Below, piece after piece: positions 32,648 through 47,664 of a DNA stretch of 62,599 bases. Positions within the stretch are counted from its first letter, which is position 1. Every line of letters starts with the position of its first letter. Position numbers and translations under genes: made by a program. This DNA is from Perkinsus chesapeaki ATCC PRA-425 (Eukaryota; Protista; Perkinsozoa), in assembly GCA_013115145.1 (NCBI GenBank), contig JAAPAO010000147.1:1-62599 (forward strand), read 5' to 3'. The notes beneath the pieces were generated by a model. That model saw nothing but the letters and a program-made list of their open reading frames with translations, did no database searches and was not told the origin of the DNA.

Positions 32648-35600
32648 TCACATATACAATTGACGATTCCACTTCCGTCTGCCAGCCAATCTCTTCGATT
32701 CGTATTCCCTCCATCGCTGGATCGATCGTGGAACACCTCGTGTCATAGCCTTCGACCAATTCTCCTTTCTCTTTTGTATTCTGGCTGCTCTCCTTTCGTG
32801 CATCGGCGTGGTTGCCCTCAAGGAATTAAAATGGCTACAAAAACACAAAGCTATACCAACAGCAGCAGCAGCAGCGCTTCCTTACAATCCCCATTTAATC
32901 TTGCCCGGCCAATTCATAAAAACTCTTCTACAGAACGATTTTCCCGCTGCAAACCGCCGGCCCGCGCCTCGTTGGTATCTACCGAGCTAGATAAAGAGCT
33001 AAAGGAGAGAAGTTCGACAACACCTCTGAATTGGTAATGCCCAGTCCAGTCTCGCTTTATAATGAGCATGCGGCGGCAGGTCATCCAAAACTTCTTTCAG
33101 TGTGTTGATGGCTTGCGTTTGGCTGGAGTACTTCCAACCGTAGGCTCGCTCCAGAACGTTTATTTGATGTCGTGTAAGGCGTCGATACACAGGGTCCTTG
33201 GAGAGGCTGTGGGCAACACGCTGAAGTGTAGGGTATCTATCACAGGTTCGATCCCGGCAACCGTCATTTCACCATCTACCTCATCATCCGCTCCTCAGGG
33301 TCAATTGAACGGCCAAACTTGGTGCCACCTAACACGCCCCGAGGTTGAGCAGCCGGAACAAATCCGAAATGGTTGTTGAATGGATGATGATATCTCCATT
33401 CTGGCCGAGGAGCTTTGAACTCCGGAGAAGACGAAGGCCTAACAAGATGGCATCCAAGATTTCAAAAAAGCCATAATCTCACTCTTCTGATTTCTCGATC
33501 CAATCCATCACCTGACAACAATAATATGGTTAGTGTGTGAGTTGCCAAAATCATGTTCATTTTCGTCAATGTTTCATGTTTGTGAGTTAATTTGTTTAAT
33601 CAGTGAAGTAATAGTGCATATAATTCCTCCTCCTCACATCAGCGACTCTATCCAGTTTCTGTCCAAGCCTCTCTCTCGGATCATGTGACCACTCTGTTAT
33701 TCCTCTGAATGACATGAGGGGCTCCAGAAGGTCTGGTGGCATCGGCGCCTTGCTCCTCAGCCGCACCAAATCTGCACATCATTCACCATTCCTCCCTATC
33801 CTTCTCATCTCACCATCGCTCGTGTCGAGTGTGTAATCGATCATGCTCTCATCCAGTTGATTCCTCGCACACTCATCTCTCAACAGTCGTTCCCTCGTCT
33901 GCCGCTTCATCATGTAGGGTGCCTCGTAATCCGACAACTCATTCGTGAGGATCGGCCTGGCCTATCAACAACAATAACTTCCCTACTAGAAAGACACGTT
34001 GCTCGATGACATTCCTCGTACCGATTTCAGTACCCCAGAGTCACCCTATCTGTTGACCACATAACGGTTGCATTCTATTTATATACTCCACTAGCATCAG
34101 CAGTAGTAGTAGTTTATGTTTGAGAGGAGACAGACTCTTTCCGGCTTCCCCAAACCGCAGCGCTCACTTTCCACACCACCGGCAGCAGCAGACCAGTAGA
34201 AGATTGCACAGCAGGTTATCATTTTACAACAGGGGGAGCGCAATCCAGTAAATCCTCTACAACTACTTATTAAATAGTATATACCGACCTCACCTCAGCT
34301 GTGACATGCTTCCTCATCGCCCTCTTCAACACGTCCACAAATCTATCGCTATCATGAGGCACCTCATCAGCTCCTAAACTCTCGGTAGTATGCCGATATA
34401 TTTCAGAATACATCTCAGCTTTGAACATATCTTCCACCAGAGACTTCGTTACACCGTCTTTAAATCGCCAATGCGCAGCAACATAGTTGGGCTCTGGTTC
34501 CTCATAACCCTCATTCTCTGTCGTCTGCATTTTCTTTGCCATTTTTTGTCGTCTTTTAGTCATCCGAACTCGCCGTCGAGTTGCCCAAACTTGGGACATG
34601 TATCGATTGTATTCGGATATAAAAGCCCTGGCAAGCGGTCAACCATCCGTCACGCGCCACGAAATTATCCTCACTTTTTCTCCTCAAGCTCTAGGTCTCT
34701 ACCTTTTGGAACATTCCTGTCCACCGGCAATGACGGACTGAACGACAATTCTCATACCAAACTTTTCCCATCGATCCTATAAATCCACACAGTAGCAATG
34801 ATGATGACCAGGAAGAGCAGAGTGTGTAAGTGAAGCAACTATACGCCGACCAAACTACAACAACTACTACCATTCACATGTGTACCAAAGAGCCCTTCAT
34901 TAACCATTCCAGAAAAGAAATGCTCCTAGTTGTTGTTTGGCACTAAAGTGGTTGACAAGAATTTATCGCGCGCTGAGTAGTTAATTCTCGTATGCAGCTG
35001 GTAAGAGTGTGAATAGGTCACTGAGATGATGACGTGTGTACATCATCAATAACAGTTATACTCACAATACGCTGAGCGCATGAAGCCTAATATGTGATAT
35101 TGAGATCGAAAAAACCCTAGTTGATAAGAATTTAACGAATAGTGTATGGTATTGTGCGAGCTTGATAGCTCTGTTATACGGCAAGTTACAATAATTTTAG
35201 CATCTATCAACATACTCAATCTCATCCCCACCACCACCGCCTGGTCGATGTTGTGTCCTCTTAACCCCAAATGATGCCTTATAGTAATCCCACATACTCT
35301 CACTCGTCTGTGGCTTTGGTAAATACTGTGCCACATCCTGGAAGCAAGTAACCACACTACCATAACATCTGCAGCCGCCACGGACCTACCCTCAACCATT
35401 CACTGTACTCTGTAGTCGATGATTGCTCATTGCCTTCCTTATTAACTCTACTTGCTGCCGGATGCTTATTACTTCTAGATCGAGTCATATGACCTGATAG
35501 ACACCATACCATCTACCTTCACCACACACTATTCATGTCCACAAATTCTAACGTCAATTCTCTCCGAATCGTATACACCAATCATAATTGCATACCGACT

Positions 35601-35730
35601 TCTAGCTCATATCGATGCCACTGGTCCTCCCTCACCTCCTCCTCGTGCCCTATCCAACCTCTGCTGCTGCGTAACTCTCTGTAGTGCTGCTAATATATCA
35701 TCATTAGCTCCACCGCTGCCCCCACCTACT
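32648..35730 (-). CDS. Multi-exon hypothetical protein (possibly a C-terminal extension of the mS35-like gene)
   Basis: Exons join in frame across introns 34628-34674, 33207-33279 and others, and the product ends RKWNRQLYM*. Confidence 0.55.
33192..33279 (+). pseudogene. tRNA-shaped element antisense to a 73-nt intron
   Basis: ACAGG TTCGATC CCGGC AACCGTC A TTT lies within intron 33207-33279, whose exons join in frame (ERMM-S-LSKDPVY). Confidence 0.55.
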
Positions 35731-36149
35731 GCCAATTTAATAGGGGACCTCCATAACCATCTACTTGACATTAAAAAGTAACTTATATACCACCGAGTCT
35801 ATACTAACCACTGTCAGACCCAATCAGTGGTGTACCATTATGGTAGATATGTGGTATCGAGGAAGACCTAGTAGACAGGTGTTATCATCATCAATATCAT
35901 TTAGTTATAACAGGAATCAAATCCAAGCAGCACGTTAATCCAAATATCTATCTACAGTTGAAACCAGACCTACCTCACCGAATGGGTATATAAAATGCAC
36001 CCTTTAATGCTGATAGATGAAAATGCAGAACATCGGATGCCGGGGTTCCGTGAATATTACCATTAAGCTCCATCATCCCTCTTTATCAATATATCAGTAT
36101 TAATTAAATAATGAAACTAAACACTTTTCTCCCTCAGAAACATGGAAAC

Positions 36150-38416
36150 TCATTCTGCCTTGTCTGCGCCAGAGCTCACCTTCCGCCTTCCCCTCCTTCC
36201 CCTCCTTATCGGTGCTCCCAGCGGTGGTGGCTCCTCGGCCTTCATCGCTACCGTACTGGTGACGGTATCATCATCCAGACCACTCGGAGAGGATGAACCA
36301 CACTCACGGACGAGCAGCTCAACAAGGTCACCCAAATACGCAGCGTTCTGAGGCGAAAGTAATGAAGATGGTGGTGGTCGGAATTATGGTAAAATAAAGT
36401 TTCCCACGTGAAAGATCCACTCCAGTGTGAACTATTGGTAAGCTTCGAGTCGAATGGAAAGACTCTTCGTTCATTTTTCGCTCCAGGAGGCTGCTGCCGT
36501 TTGAAGAAGAAACAACTTTATGGAGTTACTTGAATGAGAAAGGATAAGAGACATTTAACTGCATGAAGTACGAGTTTTTCATTGTACTTGAGAACGTCTA
36601 CACGACCACCATCAAAGGAACATTACCGACTGACAACAAGAAGCCATTTCTGTAACACTGCGTCTCTACGATCAAAATGACGCCCCTATCGGATGCCCTA
36701 TGACCTCCTTACTTGATTCCTATTATCAAAAGTATCAGCTCTTATTGCTATAACACCAGTATCCTTATCATATCGTTTACCACCAACCACTTCACTCATT
36801 AAATTAGCCTGTCTTCTATTCCCAACATCTGTTGCTTTAAAGCATGCTGTAACACCCTCCATGGATCCTTCATACCGATTTGGGTTCCTTTCGACCGTAG
36901 GTGGCCCCCACCACCTGAACGCCACCCTCCTTAGTATTCCCCGGCTTCCATCAACTTTCCCTTCGATTCGACTGTTCCCCATACGGTAGTATACGCAAAG
37001 CTTCACAGAAGTGCGTGTCTAATAGAGACATTTTTACGAGAGAGTATTCCTACAACGAAAAGGGAACACATGGAGATGGCATCCTTGCGGTAAGACCTGA
37101 ATGTTTCCCCCTCCCAACTCTTATTACGCTTTATAATGTATAGTGTGAGGGAACCTAAACCGGTGATCTTCTATAACACTTCGTGGGAGATGGCTGCCGT
37201 GTTGGAGGGCTGTTAATCCTGTTACGAATTGAGATTGGTCTCTGAGAATGACATCAGCTAGGCACCTTGAATTTAAATATCATATAGTACAAGGGGGAGG
37301 AGGGTAAGTTGGCAGTAAATGCAACGAAGCCCTACACGTGCGTGGATACTTAATGACTTGATGATGACATCCGCATACAAGGAGGGGCTGTTGGTAACTC
37401 AACACAACAGAGCCCGACTCCTACTGAGTGACTGTCGTCCTCATACAAGTAATACGATGACGGCAAGTAAATTATATAGCAACTTGCCTAACTCACAGTG
37501 GTGGAGGTTATTCATTTGCCATCAGATGGACCAACACAGCGGAAATGAAGCTTATTGAGCTTAAATAATAAAGTAAAATAATACGTTGCGGGAATAACTA
37601 TTATTTCATCAGCGAGTGACTACAATTTACTATATAATAGAGGCCTGTCAATTAAGTTAAGATGATGAATGTAATAATCCCCCCCTCCGCCCCCCTCCGC
37701 CTTACATTCCCGCATTCTCCTCTTCAATCTCTCTACTAGGTTTGGTGGTATGAGTTAAACCCGCAAACTCATACATACGATGTAGGGTGTATCGTCGAAA
37801 ATCTTTTTTACGACGAATCTGATGTCGAATCATGCAAGATACTCGCGAGGTTAACGATAGCGTGAACCAATCAAAAATCGCCCATATATTGCTTTGATAT
37901 CCATTTAAATATAAAACTCTTATGTTCATATAATAATATACTACTCCTATTAGCGAGTAAAGAACTGAGACTACATCGATTAAAAGTAATACTGCAATCC
38001 AATCTTTAGGATATACAAGCCAAATGTAGATCGTTCTCTGTCATTTACTAGTCCCTCGCTAGTATGCCAGCAGTAGATCACCCGCTGACACTGACCTGAT
38101 TCCTATCCTGTTTGGTTAACCTAGAGATATGTTGTCTGATATTCTTAGCAATCTCATATGGGCTCTGTGGATTGCCTATCCTATCCTCCAACCTCATCGG
38201 CGGGAGGCCCTTCGTCGCCAAGTGCTCTGCCGTCGGTATTATCTTCTTCTGTTTCCTTTGCTTAGGTTTGGCGAACCATCTCACACTTTCCCCTCCAGCA
38301 CTCCGCAACCAACCAGATGACAAAACAGCAGGAGAGCTGGTCAAACAGAGCCGGCCGTGGCAGCCTCTAGCGGTGGACGAAGGGAGGAATCTAGTCGAGC
38401 CGCGGCCTAGTGACAT
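36150..38416 (-). CDS. Mitochondrial ribosomal protein mS35/Rsm24-like
   Basis: FKATDV..GKRYDKDTGVIAIRADTFDNRNQ|NAAYLGDLVELLVRE resembles the mS35 (MRP-S28) domain. The N-terminus is Arg/Ser-rich, like a targeting peptide. Confidence 0.6.
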
Positions 38417-38681
38417 TACAAGGCATCAACAAGGGGAAAGCAGACTACAATAACATGATAATGAACATTATGAGCTAATAGATAATATATATGTAGAACA
38501 ATAGTAGACGTGACGTAGACCCCATCAGCTCATTCAGAACAGTAATACGCACTTCACCAGCCTACTTTGCACACTAACTCTCAGAACTCCTGAATTTCGT
38601 TGAAGGTATTACTTCACTTACGAGTAATAACAATGTCATCTTTCCTCACAGTGTAATCCTCACATGCTTAATCGTATCCCA

Positions 38682-40904
38682 CTACTCGAAGCCAATCCTC
38701 CAGCTTCCAGAAGGTTCCTTCCATTTAAACAATACCGATTTCCCCACCATAGCACAATAATGTCCAACAACAGAAATAATAATATAATATTAACGACGTC
38801 GATGAATTGCCGCTCCATAGTTAACGCTTAACCGCCGCCGCCGCCGGGCTCCTCCTCGATTTAACATCCTCAACCCATTTACCCTCCCTAGTGCCCTCAC
38901 GATACCATATACGCACCTGATATCACCAACATCTCTATCACCTTCACGCGCCTCGAAATTATCACCTGCCCGCCTTCTTGAGCTGTAGCCAGTATTGTGC
39001 CCGTAAGGTCCCATGCCACCCTCCAGACTGGTCCAGCATTTACACCCAGATTTAGCGTTTGAGAGAGCGTAAGACAGCCTTCTATGGAGCAATCAAAGAT
39101 ACAAACTAGGTTACTTGCACCACATACAACTAAGATGTCAAATGGTCTAAGGAAAGAAAAACTAATTAAAATAACTACTACGAGATTGATAAAGAGTTGA
39201 TTTTCTTTCTTAACTCTGAGGAGGCCTAATTAACATACAACAAGGCCGCCGGCTGCATACGAATGTGACCAACATGGAACTTCTTTAGGGCTCCACTGAG
39301 GCTTAGTAATCGACCCCCCTCCTATTATTATTACCTGCATAAATTAGGTGCCCAAGCCACGTCCTTAGCAGCCACCATCCGTCCAGTACTATCCTTACAT
39401 CCTACTACACATGACCTCTCCTGCCATCTACCCCCACCACTAGCGATATCTGATCCACTCTTTCGAGCAGATTGATTATTATCCAACAGCTTCAACAGGC
39501 CACTATGCCCAACTACTGCCAATCGTTCACATTGAACCAGTGAACTTGGACACCAAGATATAGCTGTTGCACCGACTGGTAACATCCTGAAGTGGGGGGA
39601 AATTATTATCTTAAAAACAACATACTATTGAACTAGATTGTTTACAACACCACTGTATGTGATATCATCGCCATACTTTTATATAACTTTACTACATCTA
39701 CACGCTATCCATTCCAGATCTATGCATCTACCTCATTACGACAAGAGAGCAACAACAACAACAACAACAACAACAACTTGCAATCATATAAAAACGCCGC
39801 CACTGCCCATCCAACTAGCCTCCCCTAGCCACATCCTGGCCTTTTGGAAGGCGTCCTCCTCCTCCTAGTGCTGCCGAGTTCGCCACCATCATCTAGCCCC
39901 CCCTTTACTACGTTTTCTCCGTACTGTGCGTTGAGTCCCCGCTAATAATACTAGTCGGCACCGGTGCCACTGCTGCCGCTGTGTTCAGGGAATTGGCTCG
40001 AAGTCTGCTAACTGTGATGACATCCTCCAACACCCACGTGGCGAGATTCACTGGATCCATAGCTTCGTAACTAAACTGTGAATTTGGGGGATCAAACCCG
40101 ATATCCGTTCGTTTTTACGTTCTGACGCAACCGCTGGCACTGCAGGAGGCGAGCTTGAGACCCCATCGACGAGGCGCAAACTGAATGTCAGTCACTGCAT
40201 GCGAAGAGTCTGTTAAGCATGCTCTCTTTCTCCACCTAGTAGTCATAGCTGACATTGACCAGTCTAGTATCTTGCATGCTACAACCTATGATACTACCCC
40301 CATTACGACCCTTCTCGTTAGTTCTCCTCGTATCATCATCATATTCCTCACAGCTCCATATCGACACAACTCGATCCTCGCTACAACTCGCTATTATCTC
40401 CCCGAATTCAGGATAAGCCCAATCTAACAAAATGTCACAGATAAGCAAGACTACTACACCACGGTTTTTTTCTTAAAAATGGACGCTTCGAAAAATCTGC
40501 CAGTGAAGCGAGTAGACACCCCTCGCGGAGTGACCCCAGATGATAGGAAGTGAACATCCCCGCGTTATTATTACCAAGCCTCCATATCGGGGCATTATGA
40601 GCAGATGCAATACATGCCTCTAAAACCCAATCATCTCCATCCTCGCTCACTCTCCATATCAATATATGCTGTGCTGATGTGCACATCGCTCTGAGATGCT
40701 TAGTATCTTGCACGGTTAACCTCAAGATACGCCGACTCACACTTTATCTCCATAATAGCTGAAGCTGACATCATGTACATAATCGCTATCACTCGCAACC
40801 GGAACACCAAACTTCGAATCCAATAGCCTCCTCGGCCTGTGAGAGGGCTCCCCCGCTGCTGCTGCTGCTGCTGTTGGTGTTGAGGTGGGCGGCAGATCTA
40901 CCAT
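38682..40904 (-). CDS. SEH1: WD40 nucleoporin Seh1-like
   Basis: [69 protein letters not shown] and DVAWAPNLCR. The 3' end is approximate. Confidence 0.75.
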
Positions 40905-41416
40905 CCCATAACCTACCAGTCCTTTCTCCCCTATGTGACAGGAATCTTAACTCAAAACAGTTAGTCGTTTTAACAAAATCACGCATCCATCATCACTTTT
41001 ATCATCATTATATTGTTGACCACCGCCACCACCACCACAAGCATATTGATAGGCCTAGTTTCGTTTTTATGCTTTTTCTATCAGATAATCTATCTTCATA
41101 AGCTAACATCATCTATTCACACACATCCCTTTAGTGCCTAACCCACCAAGATCGCATAACCGATCGGGTTAGAACATAATAACGTCATAAAAATTAAGAT
41201 CAAACATATAGACTCCTCATCGTAGACTACTACTGCCACCAAACAGCAGACTACTATTCACTTCTGTGATATATAAAATAAAAGACGACGACCACGACCA
41301 CAGCAGCAACGATGACCAACATATCAAATTCAAAGCAGCAGCAGCCGCTACCACCACCACCTCGGGAAGGAGGAGGAGGCAGTGGTTGCCACTACCACCA
41401 CCGCAGTAGCCAACAA

Positions 41417-44230
<2,814 letters not shown>

Positions 44231-44523
44231 TATTTTTATCCTTTTTTATTAGCTTATAATCCGTTCTAGGAATAAGAACAACGGGGCAATTACCGCTGCA
44301 ATTACTAACTGAAACCGCCACAAAGTACACCAACTTGACCTATTTTGTATCTTTCCCCTCTACAGACAGCGTAGCCATCACTACTATTCTTCCCCTAAGC
44401 TTTATAGACCCTATAAAAGCCCTACGTAGCCCACAGACCACCAGAGCCTCACGGTCGCCAACAAAGAACCAACAAACGTCGCCGATCGCAAACCGCATCG
44501 CAGAATGCGCTCGCCTTCGTAAT

Positions 44524-44596
44524 CGATTTTATCCCGATTTCCAGTTCGTGCGCACTTCCATGGCAAAGGTCCCTGGTTCTATCCCCGGGCGCGGTA
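44524..44596 (+). pseudogene. Degenerate tRNA-Gly(TCC)-like element in the PABP/NOC3 divergent region
   Basis: CT-TCC-A loop sits exactly 20 nt before T54. T-arm CCTGG TTCTATC CCCGG has 4/5 pairs. 3' end GCGCGGTA. No clear A-box. Confidence 0.5.
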
Positions 44597-44648
44597 TAAT
44601 TTATTGTCGCCCTTAGAGGCTTCTCTTAGGTGTTTACTGTCATATTTG

Positions 44649-46770
44649 ATGGTCATTAACGATCGTCTACGTCCTCTTTTAGAGAAGCTTAATAAGCCAG
44701 GGGCAATAACACCGGAAAAATGCGATGTTATGGACAGGTGGTTGGCCACCGCAGCCGAGAAGATATGTTCAAGTCCAAACGAGAATATAGATTGGATACA
44801 GCTTGTTTGGGCCATCTGTGATAACTCAGCCAAGACCGATAAAGCGCTGAGTAGAAGAGCTGTCCTCACCGGTGTTGCTATTATTATTGATATAATACCA
44901 GGATATAAAAGCACCGCTGTGGGGGTACAAAGCAATAAGAAGATTAGTAAGCAGGCCGAGGAGATATTGAATTACGATACGAAGCTGGTTGAGGCTTACC
45001 AAGGCCTCCTAACAAGATTAAAGACGATGAAGGAAACGCGTGGCATGTGCGCTTTGATGAGATGCTCTTCGTTATGGTCATTCAACCACTTCGACCGCTT
45101 ACTCTCTATGGTGATATCCACCGGAGCTAGCGGCAATCAAACTGCCATACAGACTCTGGCGGAAGTTCTAAAGGAGGATGAGGCGGTCGAATTAGCAACT
45201 AAAAATATAGTTATAATGATAGGCCGCCTAAAAAGCCCACAACAACTACTACACGTCGCACCACTCTTACGGTTGGCTCGAACTGATACCAGCAGTAACA
45301 TAGTCGAAGAGCACAAAAGCGTGTCGGTGAGGTTTGCTTCTGGGGAGGAAGATAACGACATTAATCGTGACTTGGATGCCGGCTTTGCTGGGCTTAATAA
45401 AGAGCGTGTTCGCAAGGCTGAGGCGGTGGTCCTGGCCGAGGTCCTAGTTGTCTATCTACGTGTGCTGCGAACTGCTCATCTTTACCCAAAGGAAGTGGTG
45501 ATAGCATGTTTGAAAGGGATAGGGGAGAAGGCCAACACGGCCAACTTGGAGTTGGTCATCGAGATAGCTCACGAGCTTCGGGACTTCTTCACAGAACAGT
45601 TACAGAACGCTGCAAATGGTAATGAGAATGCACCACTGTTGGCAGCCCATGCGGCATTGGCGCTACTTAAACTGGCTGGATCATCGGCAGGGAAAGCTAT
45701 AGGAGAGGTTATAAGGGATGATGATGATGGGGGGAAGAAGGCTCATACCGTATTTTACTTTATTAGTTATTAAATTCACCATAAGGCAGTCTAGACTTTA
45801 CCGACCGTTTTTCATTGTTTATAGAATACCCATTTCTAAGTTGGCTGAATCTTAAAAGATACCAAACAGGTTAACTACACGAAGCCTTCGAATCATCTCA
45901 TCATTTCCGCATTCAACGTTTGTATTGCCAATATCGTCCCCCGTTATCTTAACGGAGGCATCCAAGTTGCCTTTCCTCTCATCGTCGCATCACATTTCGG
46001 AGCAGCCTTCGAGTTTATCTTTCAAAATACTAAAAACATACTTGCCAAGAGAATGCAACCATCCTTTCAGTATCTCAGTTAATGGTTGTCATATTATAAT
46101 TCTCATAATACTAATTATATATATTATATAGTGCATCCTTTGTGTTATATTACCAATAGTATCGCCCACTAACTTTACACTACTTCCCACCTTTTCCCTG
46201 TTTCAGCCAGTTCAAGGTGCCCTAGCAACGTGCCTTGAATCCCTCCCAAAGCTCCTCCGTCTCTTATTAAGCCAAGAGGATGCCACAGACCTCCTTGAAG
46301 AGCTATGTCGTGGGGTAATGGGTGTCGATGCTACTCTCGGTGGCAGTAAGAATGCCGCACCGTGGATGGCCAAAGCAATGGGAGAGGCTTTGGTCACCGC
46401 ACCATTTGGAAGGAAACCAGCACATACGCTTTTGGAGATCCTCACCAAGTAGCTAGAGGTGTCAGAATGTTCACCAGTATCCTTCAGGTTCGGCTCTGTT
46501 CGAGGATGCCTTGATGAAGAGGGCATGATCGTTGGTCTGGACTACACCCACCCCGTTTGCCTGTATTGGACGGTTGTTGCCGCCAGGTAAGACATCTGCA
46601 TGATGACATCTCCCCACATTTGAAAGGTACCATTATGACCCCGAGTGTTCGAAGGTTATTGTACCTCAACTTGAGCGTTTCTCTCGAGATCTGGACCGGA
46701 ATCGCAGTGGCGGTCAGTCTGGCAGTGGATCGACGGCTAAACGTGGAATGGTTGAAGCAGGTGGGTGAGG
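44649..46770 (+). CDS. NOC3: Nucleolar complex protein 3 (NOC3/CBF family)
   Basis: IIIDIIPGYK, KKISKQAEEILNYDTKLVEAY, AHAALALLKL and LYWTVVAARYHYDP across introns. Both ends are approximate. Confidence 0.7.
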
Positions 46771-46894
46771 TGAAGCACCCTGGTTCGATCCCCTGTTGGG
46801 ACATACTCACTCAACCATGCTAAAGCTCAGAGAAGTAGGAGCGATGTTAGCAGATTCTTAAAACTCAAATTTCTCATTTTTCAAATTGATCCCA

Positions 46895-47425
46895 TGGGAC
46901 TCGATATCAAGTCGAAGGAGCGTGTATAACAATATATAATAATAATAGTACAATCGGTAAATAATATACGTCTCCAGCCAGAGTCATCATCGAGATAATG
47001 CCGGTAACGTCGTCTGCCCGTTTCCACCATTTGATATAAGACGGTATCACTTTAGTTCATTTCATTTTATCATCCCACGCCACCTTTACTATTGAAATGA
47101 TGGCAAAGCGTTGTTCTGGTGGCTGGGAAATACGGCATTCGACGGTTCATCATCCAAAATGACAATCCCCGAGTCGGTGAATATTTCTCTCAGATGAGGA
47201 GGAGGGGGAGGATGACATCACATTGGCATTATCGGAAGTTTGGCTTTGGTCTGATACATTACGGAGTAAACGTCGGCGGTTATCTACGAAGCAAAGCACT
47301 ACCAGCAGTACTGCGATCAAGCACGCAGCATCACGCTTCCAGTAGGCCTTCCTGTGGTGGGAAAGGGATGGTGTTTTATTAGGCCGGTCAATTCTGCTGA
47401 GGGCTGGAAGGGACGTCTATTATGA
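46895..47425 (+). CDS. Small multi-exon hypothetical protein
   Basis: MGLDIKSKER start. A later exon DEEEGEDDITLALSEVWLW..ASRF|QPVNSAEGWKGRLL* joins across a GT-AG intron. Confidence 0.4.
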
Positions 47426-47664
47426 TCCGCCACCACCGACTACTTACATCATTAATAATACGCCTTACGTTTCTATTATTAAAGTCTTGTGCTAGTTACC
47501 ACGTGGGTTCGATCCCTGGCAAGGGTATTATATAGATAACATCATTAAAATGCAACTTGCCGAATCACTGGGCTAAGACGCGCTTTTAATACCTATGCCA
47601 AGAGAGACGCGAACGTATTGGTCTCGGAAATTGGAGAATTATGGGACTGAGATATTCTATAAAG

